The notes under the pieces were generated by a model. It did not search any database. It was not told the DNA's origin and saw nothing but the letters and a program-made list of their open reading frames with translations. Position numbers and translations under genes: made by a program. DNA of 37,891 nt from Eubacteriales bacterium (GTDB lineage: Bacteria; Bacillota; Clostridia; Oscillospirales; CAG-272). Within the stretch, counting starts at the first letter, position 1. Each line of letters starts with the position of its first letter. The stretch is from the NCBI GenBank assembly GCA_045120555.1, contig JBGVEZ010000138.1:1-37891 (forward strand), in the 5' to 3' direction. Positions 1 to 7,926 of this stretch are shown here, in pieces.

Positions 1-1
1 A

Positions 2-274
2 TGGCTTGACGGTTACGACAAGATCACAGCGGACGAGCTTCTCGGCGGCGGTGAGCTTGATACGAAAACCGATCAGGCAGAGGACTTGATTCTCGATATG
101 CTTTCCTCGGGTGAGTACGTTCCCGCAGAAAAGATTTTTGCAAAAGCAAAGGAAATTGGTATTTCACAGCGCACCGTCAACGAAGCAAAAGCGAAGATCA
201 AAGGGCTCACCACCCGAAAGATCGGAAAGGGGTGGTCGTGGGCGATCCCCGACAACGCAGAGGACGCGAACTGA
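2..274 (+). CDS. 3' fragment of a mobile-element gene (open from the window edge); C-terminal helix-turn-helix-like tail
   Basis: The frame is open from nt 2 (WLDGYDKITADELLGG...) and continuous with the listed 86..274 ORF, with stop TGA at 272-274. The tail (GISQRTVNEAKAKIKG) looks like a small HTH, and the gene sits next to a serine recombinase. Function was not identified. Confidence 0.45.
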   Translation, partial: WLDGYDKITADELLGGGELDTKTDQAEDLILDMLSSGEYVPAEKIFAKAKEIGISQRTVNEAKAKIKGLTTRKIGKGWSWAIPDNAEDAN

Positions 275-511
275 AGATTGTAACATTGCAGAGTGTCCCT
301 GCCGCAAGGTTGAAGATTGCAGCCTTTGGGAAGATCACGCACAGTGTCACTTGCATTGTTGCATTGTTGGAGAAAAAGAGGCGTATTTGCCCAAAACTTA
401 TTTTGAAGCGGGTTAAAGCACTGGGGACCGAGGTCCGCCCGTACAGTTACATCAGCCCGCAATAGCGGACTGTTTCGGGTGAATTTGCGAGTTTTCGCGA
501 GATTTTGCCGA

Positions 512-542
512 GGGGACTTTTTTCGGTGGGTGTCCCCTTTTT
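512..542 (+). terminator. Weak hairpin plus T-run (possible terminator of the upstream partial gene)
   Basis: GGGGAC (512-517) pairs with GTCCCC (532-537) and is followed by TTTTT. The 14-nt loop makes it weak. Confidence 0.3.
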
Positions 543-630
543 GGGACCGCGGAAATTTGCTACTTTTTTGCAACTTCTCCCGATTCTCTCTGGACTTGCA
601 GCCACGCAATGATATAATAAAGGAGGACGA

Positions 631-801
631 ATGATATGTATCAAGGTCAGCCGTGAGGAGCTTCGCAAGATATCCTGCGGCAAGGAAGGAAAAATAAAAG
701 TAAAAACAGTACCGGGTGAGGCGAAGGATGGCAAGGAGCTTATGAATATCTTTGACAACATTATCAAGCGCCGATACCTGGGCAGAAGGAGGAACACATG
801 A
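631..801 (+). CDS. Small 56-aa basic protein, translationally coupled to the recombinase (candidate directionality/regulatory factor)
   Basis: It falls below the ORF-track length cut-off. ATG 631 is preceded by AGGAGG (621-626) and a TATAAT-like box (613-618). Its stop TGA (799-801) overlaps the recombinase ATG (798-800) as ATGA. Translation: MICIKVSREELRKISCGKEGKIKVKTVPGEAKDGKELMNIFDNIIKRRYLGRRRNT. Confidence 0.45.
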   Translation: MICIKVSREELRKISCGKEGKIKVKTVPGEAKDGKELMNIFDNIIKRRYLGRRRNT

Positions 802-2678
802 CAGTAATCGAATCAATGAAAGCAAGAGGAATCATACCGAGGGCGGCGCTTTATGCCCGCTTCTCCTCGGACAACCAGAGGGAGGAATCAATCGATGCAC
901 AGCTCCGTGCGATGCATGAGTACTGCAAGCGCAACAAGGTAGTCGTCACAAATGAATACTGCGACCACGCACGTAGTGCAACAACAGACGGCCGTCCCGA
1001 GTTTCAGAGGATGATCCGTGAATCGAAATGCGGAGGCTTCGATCTTGTAATTGTACATAAGCTCGACAGATTTTCGCGCGACAGATATGATTCGGCATAC
1101 TACAAGCGAGAACTGAAAAAGTGCGGTGTATCGTTGATCAGCGTACTTGAGAATCTTGACGACTCTCCTGAGAGCATCATTCTTGAGTCTGTGCTTGAGG
1201 GAATGAGTGAATACTATTCACGAAACCTTGCGCGTGAGGTTATGAAGGGAATGTGCGAGTCTGCTCTGCAATGCCGAGCGGTTGGAGGATGTGCGCCGTT
1301 CGGATACAAGATCAATCCCGAAACAAAGCGATATGAGATCGAAGAAAATGAGGTAGATGCTGTTAAAATGATCTTCGACAAGGTTCTTGAAGGTATCGGG
1401 TACAGCGAGATTATTTACACACTCAACGCGATGGGATACCTCACCCGAGGAGGCAAGCCCTTCGGAAAGAACAGTCTGCACGAGATACTGCGTAACGAAA
1501 AATATCGTGGCGTATATATCTTCAACCGTTCAGCGAGCAAAAACGTAAGCGGAAGAAGAAACAATCACGCATCAAAGAGTGACGATGATATGATACGGAT
1601 AGAAGGAGGAGTCCCACAGATCATCAGTGAAGAGGTGTGGAACGGAGTGCAAGCGATACTGAAATCCCGAAAGCATCACCGCACGTCGAATAACTCGAGC
1701 AAGGAAACATACCTACTCACGGGAAAGATAATCTGCGGAGAGTGCGGTGCCTCCTACACAGGCGTGCGACACTACTCCGGACGGAACAAGCAGAAATACG
1801 TTTGCTATCAATGCTCAAACCGCAAGCGAACCGCATCGGTAGGATGCAGGAACAAGGAGATACGAAGAGAATATCTTGAGACCTTCGTCATGCAGGAGAT
1901 AGCACACATAGTATTCGACGATGCAAATATCAAAAGCCTTGTAAATGAATACTACAAGTATCATTCGAGCTTTGACAGCGAGAGCATAGAAAAGCTACAG
2001 CTGCTGAACGGTTCACTTCAAGCTATAACGAAAAAGATAGACAACATAGTAGCCGCTGTTGCGAACACGGGAAGCTCGGCTCTGCTCTCCTCACTCGAAG
2101 GCTTTGAACGTGAGCGCGATGAGATCAAAGCAAAGATCGATGATATTGAAAAGCAATCTAAAACACGGGAAGTGACTGAAACGATGGTCGAGCTTGCATA
2201 CGAGTACGCACGCAGACTGTATAATTCAGGTAACAAGGAGCTGTACCGTCAGCTGATCAATCTGTACCTTGACAAGGTTGTGGTACACTACGATCACGTA
2301 GAATTTTATCTTAACACTCTCCCTGCAGACATTCTGCGCGACGAGATAGACCGATCACTCGGAATCGGAAATGAAGAATCACTTATTGACTACGTAATAA
2401 GGTGTGAGTCTGAGATCATCAATGCGATCGCGTCTCTTGACGGCGAGACAAAGAAAGGAGGTACTGCCAACGGCAGTACCTCCGATTTTTATAAAAACAA
2501 GGCGGATAATCGGGGCGAAAATGACCGATTATCCACCTTTGGTGGTGGAGGCGACGGGAATCGAACCCGTGTCCGAAAATCCATCCACGCAGCTTTCTCC
2601 GGGTGCAGGATGTTTGTTAATCTCCCGACGCAAGCCCAAACAGCCAAAAGCTTACGTCGGCAGCCTTTTTATGCGTGA
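798..2678 (+). CDS. Large serine recombinase (resolvase N-domain, recombinase domain, zinc ribbon, coiled coil)
   Basis: The N-terminus AALYARFSSDNQREESIDAQ carries the catalytic-Ser motif. Other marks are VHKLDRFSRD, the zinc ribbon CGECG...CYQCSNR, a coiled-coil region, and the typical end VVVHYDHVEFYLN near aa 500. RBS AGGAGG is at 787-792. The last ~75 codons run through a terminator hairpin and antisense tmRNA, so the true C-terminus is uncertain. Confidence 0.88.
   Translation: MTVIESMKARGIIPRAALYARFSSDNQREESIDAQLRAMHEYCKRNKVVVTNEYCDHARSATTDGRPEFQRMIRESKCGGFDLVIVHKLDRFSRDRYDSAYYKRELKKCGVSLISVLENLDDSPESIILESVLEGMSEYYSRNLAREVMKGMCESALQCRAVGGCAPFGYKINPETKRYEIEENEVDAVKMIFDKVLEGIGYSEIIYTLNAMGYLTRGGKPFGKNSLHEILRNEKYRGVYIFNRSASKNVSGRRNNHASKSDDDMIRIEGGVPQIISEEVWNGVQAILKSRKHHRTSNNSSKETYLLTGKIICGECGASYTGVRHYSGRNKQKYVCYQCSNRKRTASVGCRNKEIRREYLETFVMQEIAHIVFDDANIKSLVNEYYKYHSSFDSESIEKLQLLNGSLQAITKKIDNIVAAVANTGSSALLSSLEGFERERDEIKAKIDDIEKQSKTREVTETMVELAYEYARRLYNSGNKELYRQLINLYLDKVVVHYDHVEFYLNTLPADILRDEIDRSLGIGNEESLIDYVIRCESEIINAIASLDGETKKGGTANGSTSDFYKNKADNRGENDRLSTFGGGGDGNRTRVRKSIHAAFSGCRMFVNLPTQAQTAKSLRRQPFYA
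2457..2492. terminator. Bidirectional intrinsic terminator between the recombinase and ssrA
   Basis: A 12-bp perfect stem, GGAGGTACTGCC-aac-GGCAGTACCTCC (2457-2483). It is followed by GATTTTTAT on the + strand and by TTTCTTTG on the - strand. It lies 60 nt downstream of the tmRNA 3' end. Confidence 0.7.
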
Positions 2679-2891
2679 CCGTTACAAAGGCAACTTACAG
2701 TTCACGTTCACCACTGTGTGACGCCCGAGCCGAAGCCGTGGTCCTCTTCGGGCGGACGCGCTGCACTTAGGCAGCGAGAGCTACATTATTGTTAGCGTTT
2801 ATATTTAAAAAATTGGATCAGTTTAAAGAGATTAACCCGGCTCTACCCGCTTACCGCACTTCAAAATCCCCGTCGAAACCTTTACGCCCCC
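2543..2891 (-). ncRNA. ssrA: tmRNA (SsrA), about 349 nt, CCA encoded
   Basis: On the minus strand the 5' end is GGGGGCGTAAAGGTTTCGACGGGG. The 3' end is ...GGACACGGGTTCGATTCCCGTCGCCTCCACCA. The acceptor stem is GGGGGCG/CGCCTCC with the G3:U pair. The internal tag frame GCT AAC AAT AAT GTA GCT CTC GCT GCC TAA gives ANNNVALAA*. Confidence 0.93.
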
Positions 2892-2951
2892 ATATTGAAC
2901 CCGAAGGTCGGGTTCATATATAAGCACGCTTCCTTTGGAAACGAAATGCTT

Positions 2952-4304
2952 TTAATTATTATATTCGACCTCAACTCTGTATATCTGCTCGTCCTTGGTA
3001 TCAAGCGTAAAGTCTGCTGAGTCACCCACAAACTCATAAGATTCCAGAAGAGTATCGGTTTCTGTTTCATCCGTAAGATAGACCTTAACTGTCGGATACG
3101 CTCCAAGACCATTTAATGTTACCTTACATTCGCCACCCTCCGAGCGATAAGTGGAGATAACGGCCTTTTGCGCTTTTCCGTCTGTTGCCGCAATAACGTA
3201 CGTCGATTCGGAATCGCTTTCGCTAAACGCCTCTGAACCGAGACGATAGAGATCACCGAAATATCGGAAAGCAAAGTATGGCTTTCTCGGCTTGAGCCTT
3301 CCCTTTGAATCCTTATGTGCAAGGGAATCTATAGACATATCCTCAACCTCGAAAAGACCGCACCATTCCTTCACGACGTCCGCCTCAAAATATTCAGCGC
3401 CCGAAAGATATGAATGCTGAAAGGTTGTAAGAGCCGCGGAGCAGAACGCCGCACCCGTCATACCGACAAGCTTTTTGAAGGACGGAGGCTGGTTGCCCCA
3501 ATTCTCCATATAGTTCCATTCATCGAGGAATATCTCCGCGTCGGCATATCCGTATTTTACGAGAAGGTCGTGCATAGTCACGTCGTGCTTAACGTAAGCC
3601 GATATATCCGATGAATACTTATGCCATGAGAAAAAGTCAAGTGGAACACTTCTTTCGCTCATAGCCTTCAGGAATCCGTCAGCCCATACGGCGTTACCTG
3701 CAATTGCCGGTCCGCCTATTTTAAGATTCGGGAAGCATGCTTTAAGATGCTTTGCCGCGGTCTCGTAGAAATCAAAAAACTGCTCAACCGTTCCCGACCA
3801 CGTCTTCTTGATCTCTCTGTTTGCATCAAGATCCGGCTCGTTCCATATCTCCCAATAGGTGATATTCCACTCAAAGCCGTCTGCCCAGCCCTCGTTATAG
3901 TGGCGGATTATATGCTCGCATATTCTTGCCCACTTTGAAAAATCCTTCGGAGGATGGATGTATCTCTTGACAGGAGCATGTTCGATCGATTCCCCAAGAC
4001 GGTATCTTACGTCCGCACCGACGTCGAGACAAGCCTTTATATAATGGTCGGTAAGACCGAAATCGTAGGATGCGGGATCGTTCTCGTCGGCATCAAAGTT
4101 CTTGAAGATACAGTGAACGTCAACAAACTCACCGCTTCCGTACGGATATTCAACGTCATGGAGACGGCACATGGGAATTCCGATATTCTCAAAGATATCG
4201 CTCGCGTTATAGGTAAATACCTTTGTTCTCGGGCCGCTGTTAACGCCGTGCATCGGCTTTATTTTTCCGATATTTTTTGAAAAATCAATCTTAACGTTTG
4301 CCAT
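2952..4304 (-). CDS. Glycoside hydrolase, clan GH-A, GH39-like (beta-xylosidase-like)
   Basis: Motifs PPKDFSKWARI...YWEIWNEPDL...LKIGGPAIAGN align with my recollection of GH39 XynB-type enzymes (NEP acid/base motif). ATG is at 4302-4304, 12 nt after the smpB stop. Confidence 0.65.
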   Translation of the reverse strand: MANVKIDFSKNIGKIKPMHGVNSGPRTKVFTYNASDIFENIGIPMCRLHDVEYPYGSGEFVDVHCIFKNFDADENDPASYDFGLTDHYIKACLDVGADVRYRLGESIEHAPVKRYIHPPKDFSKWARICEHIIRHYNEGWADGFEWNITYWEIWNEPDLDANREIKKTWSGTVEQFFDFYETAAKHLKACFPNLKIGGPAIAGNAVWADGFLKAMSERSVPLDFFSWHKYSSDISAYVKHDVTMHDLLVKYGYADAEIFLDEWNYMENWGNQPPSFKKLVGMTGAAFCSAALTTFQHSYLSGAEYFEADVVKEWCGLFEVEDMSIDSLAHKDSKGRLKPRKPYFAFRYFGDLYRLGSEAFSESDSESTYVIAATDGKAQKAVISTYRSEGGECKVTLNGLGAYPTVKVYLTDETETDTLLESYEFVGDSADFTLDTKDEQIYRVEVEYNN

Positions 4305-4316
4305 AACAGTACAAAA

Positions 4317-4778
4317 TCAGACCTTGAGGTGTCTTTCCATTTCACGCTTTGCACTCTTCTGCGCTTCAGCTTCTCTCTTATCGTAAAGCTTCTTACCCTT
4401 GCAAAGACCAAGCTCCACCTTCACCCTCGAGCCGCTGAAGTAAAGCGACAGGGGAACGAGCGAATAACCGTCTCTTGCAGAATAAGAGTCAAGCTTGAGT
4501 ATTTCCTTTTTGTGCATAAGGAGACGCTTTTCGCGAAGAGGATCACGGTTGAATATATTTCCCTTTTCGTAGGGGCTTATACGTATACCGAGAGCAAAGA
4601 TCTCTCCTCGTCTTATTGAGCAGAAGGAATCCTTGAGGTTAACACTGCCGAGCCTTACGCTCTTTACCTCTGTTCCGAACAGCTCGATTCCGGCTTCATA
4701 GGTTTCTTCAACGAAATAATCGTGATATGCTTTTCTGTTTTGAGCAATTATCTTTTTGCCGCTGTTCTTATCAGCCAC
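4317..4778 (-). CDS. smpB: SsrA-binding protein SmpB
   Basis: [30 protein letters not shown]...LLMHKKEI is a classic SmpB sequence. The ORF-track start (4796) is a TTG lying inside the RBS. I prefer GTG at 4776-4778, 7 nt after GGGAGG. Confidence 0.92.
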   Translation of the reverse strand: MADKNSGKKIIAQNRKAYHDYFVEETYEAGIELFGTEVKSVRLGSVNLKDSFCSIRRGEIFALGIRISPYEKGNIFNRDPLREKRLLMHKKEILKLDSYSARDGYSLVPLSLYFSGSRVKVELGLCKGKKLYDKREAEAQKSAKREMERHLKV

Positions 4779-4881
4779 AGTATTACCTCCCTTCAAAGAC
4801 TACTATATTATTATACCACATTTTCTCCGTTTAGTCAAGGGGTTTTAAAATATTATTTGATCGCTGTTTTTGGCGTACTTC

Positions 4882-4910
4882 TTGACTTTTCGGTCATTTT
4901 ATGATATAAT
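4882..4910 (+). promoter_or_regulatory. Sigma-70-type promoter for dus (TTGACT-17nt-TATAAT with TG extension)
   Basis: TTGACT is at 4882-4887, the spacer is 17 nt, and TATAAT is at 4905-4910 preceded by TGA. Confidence 0.6.
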
Positions 4911-4947
4911 ATATCAGATAAACCAACACAACGAAAAAGGAAGCAAA

Positions 4948-5943
4948 ATGAACGATATATACACAGGAAAGCTTTTCCTTGCACCTATGGCGGGCGTTAC
5001 GGACGAAACCTTCAGAAAAATTTGCACGTCGCTCGGAGCAGATATCAGCGTCAGCGAAATGATATGCGCAAAGGCGCTCGTTTATGAGCAAAGGTCGCAT
5101 GCATCCGTCCGCCCGGCTACCGCGCCGCTCGCTCACATTCCCGACGGGACGAAAAACTGTATCCTTCAGCTTTTCGGACATGAAGAAGACATAATGTCAG
5201 AAGCAGCAAAAAGACTTACAAACGGAGACTATCGAGGATTTTCGGGTGAACTGCCTATAGCTCTCGATATAAACATGGGCTGTCCCGTCAAGAAGATCGT
5301 ATCGAACGGTGAGGGCTCCGCGCTTATGAAAAATCCCGCACTTGCCGAAAAACTTGTACGTGCGGTAAAGGACGCAACTCATCTTCCCGTAAGCGTAAAA
5401 ATGAGGATAGGCTGGGATAAGGATTCGATAAATGCCGTCGAATTTGCAAAAGCGATCGAAAGCGGCGGTGCGGATGCGATCTTCGTTCACGGACGTACAC
5501 GCGAGCAGATGTACAGCGGTCATGCCGATTACTCACAGATAGCAAAGGTCAAGGCGGCGGTATCCGTACCCGTAATCGGAAACGGAGACGTATTCACCGT
5601 CGAGGATGCAAAAAGGATGTACGAGGAAACGGGATGTGACAGCATTATGATCGGTCGCGGCTCTCTCGGAAATCCGTGGCTGTTCGGCAATATAAAGCGT
5701 TTTATGGACGGTAATGAACCTATAACACCAACCTCCGACGAGGTGCGTGGAATGATGATACATCACCTTAACGAATCGGTAAGACTTAAAGGTGAGCGCA
5801 GAGGACTTGCGGAAATCAAGAGTCATATGGCGTGGTATATCAAAAACTGCCGAGGCGCGGCGTCGATCCGCGATTCTATAATGCGTTCTGAATCAAGAGA
5901 AGAGATCGAAAATGCGATAAATGCGGCATTCCCGATCGAATAA
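4948..5943 (+). CDS. dus: tRNA-dihydrouridine synthase (DusB-like)
   Basis: LAPMAGVTDETFR, LDINMGCPVKKI and VHGRTREQMYSG are Dus family motifs. The start is placed at ATG 4948 (MNDIYTGK), downstream of an AAGGAAG RBS rather than at 4870. Confidence 0.88.
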   Translation: MNDIYTGKLFLAPMAGVTDETFRKICTSLGADISVSEMICAKALVYEQRSHASVRPATAPLAHIPDGTKNCILQLFGHEEDIMSEAAKRLTNGDYRGFSGELPIALDINMGCPVKKIVSNGEGSALMKNPALAEKLVRAVKDATHLPVSVKMRIGWDKDSINAVEFAKAIESGGADAIFVHGRTREQMYSGHADYSQIAKVKAAVSVPVIGNGDVFTVEDAKRMYEETGCDSIMIGRGSLGNPWLFGNIKRFMDGNEPITPTSDEVRGMMIHHLNESVRLKGERRGLAEIKSHMAWYIKNCRGAASIRDSIMRSESREEIENAINAAFPIE

Positions 5944-5964
5944 AAAAGTAAAAGGAGTAAGGCA

Positions 5965-6690
5965 ATGTTATTTTTCTATATAAGACACGGAGACCCCACG
6001 TACCGTCCCGACGAGCTTACACCGAAGGGTAGAAGAGAAGCGGAGGCGATTGGTAAGCGACTTGCGCTTTTCAGACTTGACAAGATCTATTCGTCAACGT
6101 CAAACAGAGCCTACGAAACCGCACTTCCTGCGGCTGAAATGCTCAAAAAAGAAATAACACAGCTTGATTTTGCGCATGAAAGTCAAGCATTCAAGGAATT
6201 CAGCACTCTTGATGATAACGGTGTCCGTCGCTGGGTAAAGGACATGCCTAAATATAAGAAGCTGTTTGCAAGCGATGAAATACACGCTCTCGGAAAGAAT
6301 TGGTATGAGCACCCCGAGCTTGCAGCACTTCCCGGACTTAAAAGCGGTATTCTCCGCATACGTGAGGAGGCAGATAAATTCATGCTCTCTCTCGGCTATG
6401 AACACGACAGAACGACGAACACCTACAAAGCGGTTGCTCACACAAAGGACCGAGTTGCTCTGTTCGCTCATGCCGGCTTCGGTTCCGCATTTCTGCCCGA
6501 AATACTCGATATTCCCTACCCCACGTTCGCCGCACACACCGATATGCGTACAACGGGCATGACGGTCATCAGCTTCGAGCCGGAAAAGGACTCGGATACC
6601 GTTATTCCCTGCCTGCTCACCTACAGCGCGGACGGACACCTTTATAAGGATGGGTTGCCGCTGCTCTATACAGATAAGGGTAGTTTTTAA
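5965..6690 (+). CDS. Histidine phosphatase family protein (phosphoglycerate-mutase-like)
   Basis: An N-terminal RHG motif (FYIRHGDPTY) and the later SSTSNRAYETA. A good RBS AAAGGAG is present. Confidence 0.8.
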   Translation: MLFFYIRHGDPTYRPDELTPKGRREAEAIGKRLALFRLDKIYSSTSNRAYETALPAAEMLKKEITQLDFAHESQAFKEFSTLDDNGVRRWVKDMPKYKKLFASDEIHALGKNWYEHPELAALPGLKSGILRIREEADKFMLSLGYEHDRTTNTYKAVAHTKDRVALFAHAGFGSAFLPEILDIPYPTFAAHTDMRTTGMTVISFEPEKDSDTVIPCLLTYSADGHLYKDGLPLLYTDKGSF

Positions 6691-6715
6691 TGCAATAAAG
6701 GCGTTCAAAATATAA

Positions 6716-6753
6716 AAACGGTACCGTATCTCTTTTCGGATGCGGTACCGTTT
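6716..6753. terminator. Bidirectional terminator between convergent genes
   Basis: AAACGGTACCG (6716-6726) pairs with CGGTACCGTTT (6743-6753), with an A-run before and a T-run after. Confidence 0.7.
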
Positions 6754-6783
6754 CATTTATGTAATTATCATTCTTTTATAAGA

Positions 6784-7926
6784 TCAATACTTCCTCCACA
6801 CCATCTTGTTAACAATACCGGTGTAGCTCTGAATTATCTTTACGACCTTTGTGGAAACGTTCTCGTCAACGTAGTTGGGAACGTCAAGTCCGACGTCGCC
6901 GTTCTGGTTCATGAGAACTGCTGTATCAACTGCGGAGAGAACCTCGTTACCGGTAATTCCCGCGATGATAAAGTTACCCTTGTCGATCGCCTCAGGACGC
7001 TCGGTGGAGGTACGGATGCAAACTGCGGGAAAAGGAAGTCCCTTGGAATTGAAGTAGGAGGACTCCTCGGGGAGTGTTCCACTGTCCGAAACTACGCAGA
7101 ATGCGTTTATCTGAAGATTGTTGTAGTCATGGAAGCCGAGAGGCTTGTTCTGACGGACTCTCTTGTCGAAAACGAATCCTCTCTTTTCAATGTACTTCGC
7201 GCTTCTTGGGTGACAGGAATAGAGGATCGGCATATCGTATTTTTCAGCAAGCTCATTTACTGCGTTCATAAGGCTGAAGAAGTTCTTTTCGGTGTCGATG
7301 TTCTCTTCTCTGTGAGCGGAAAGGAGGATATACTTGCCCTTTTCAAGACCGAGACGGGAGAGAATGTCGCTTCCCTTGATCTTATCAAGGTTTGCGGAAA
7401 GGACCTCAGCCATAGGCGAGCCTGTGACGTAGGTTCTCTCTCTTGCCGTTCCCTCCTGATTGAGGTAGCGGCGCGCGTGCTCGCTGTAGCAGAGGTTAAC
7501 GTCAGAGATGTGGTCAACGATCCTTCTGTTTGTCTCCTCGGGAAGGCACTCGTCAAAGCATCTGTTGCCCGCTTCCATATGGAATATCGGAATATGAAGT
7601 CTCTTCGCGGAAATAGCGGCAAGGCAGGAGTTCGTATCACCGAGAAGGAGAACTGCATCCGGCTTTTCGCTTACCATAAGCTCATATGAAGAAGCAATGA
7701 TATTACCGACCGTTCTGCCGAGGTTTTCACCTACGGAATTGAGATAGAAATCGGGAGCACGGAGACCAAGGTCCTCAAAAAAGACCTGATTCAATTCATA
7801 GTCGTAGTTCTGTCCTGTGTGGACAAGGATCTGATCAAAGTAAACGTCACATTTTTTAATTACAGCGGAAAGACGGATTATCTCCGGTCTTGTGCCGATT
7901 ATTGTCATAAGCTTTATCTTGCTCAT
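6784..7926 (-). CDS. fnlC: UDP-N-acetylglucosamine 2-epimerase, non-hydrolysing (FnlC/Cap5G/WbjD type)
   Basis: MTIIGTRPEIIRLS...HTGQNYD...GDTNS is the epimerase_2 family signature. The gene is third in a capE/F/G-like trio, and its ATG directly follows the fnlB stop (TAAATG). Confidence 0.82.
   Translation of the reverse strand: MSKIKLMTIIGTRPEIIRLSAVIKKCDVYFDQILVHTGQNYDYELNQVFFEDLGLRAPDFYLNSVGENLGRTVGNIIASSYELMVSEKPDAVLLLGDTNSCLAAISAKRLHIPIFHMEAGNRCFDECLPEETNRRIVDHISDVNLCYSEHARRYLNQEGTARERTYVTGSPMAEVLSANLDKIKGSDILSRLGLEKGKYILLSAHREENIDTEKNFFSLMNAVNELAEKYDMPILYSCHPRSAKYIEKRGFVFDKRVRQNKPLGFHDYNNLQINAFCVVSDSGTLPEESSYFNSKGLPFPAVCIRTSTERPEAIDKGNFIIAGITGNEVLSAVDTAVLMNQNGDVGLDVPNYVDENVSTKVVKIIQSYTGIVNKMVWRKY

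Larger units (their letters stand above)
1..2542. mobile_element. Right-hand end of an integrated element (prophage/ICE/genomic island) abutting the 3' end of ssrA; the left end lies outside the window
   Basis: A large serine recombinase gene converges on the tmRNA 3' end, preceded by a non-coding stretch and a partial accessory gene. The boundary is placed at the tmRNA CCA end by inference only. Confidence 0.5.

Noticed and set aside
73-825. A 250-aa minus-strand ORF, plus the 447..797 minus ORF, spanning the element's non-coding region.
   Set aside because: Low-complexity, Ser/Leu/Arg-rich translation with no RBS or recognisable domain. It overlaps the better-supported plus-strand genes (the partial CDS, the small coupled ORF and the recombinase start).
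2404-2721. A 105-aa plus-strand ORF overlapping ssrA.
   Set aside because: It lies antisense to a clear tmRNA gene and inside the recombinase tail. No RBS and no protein-like features.
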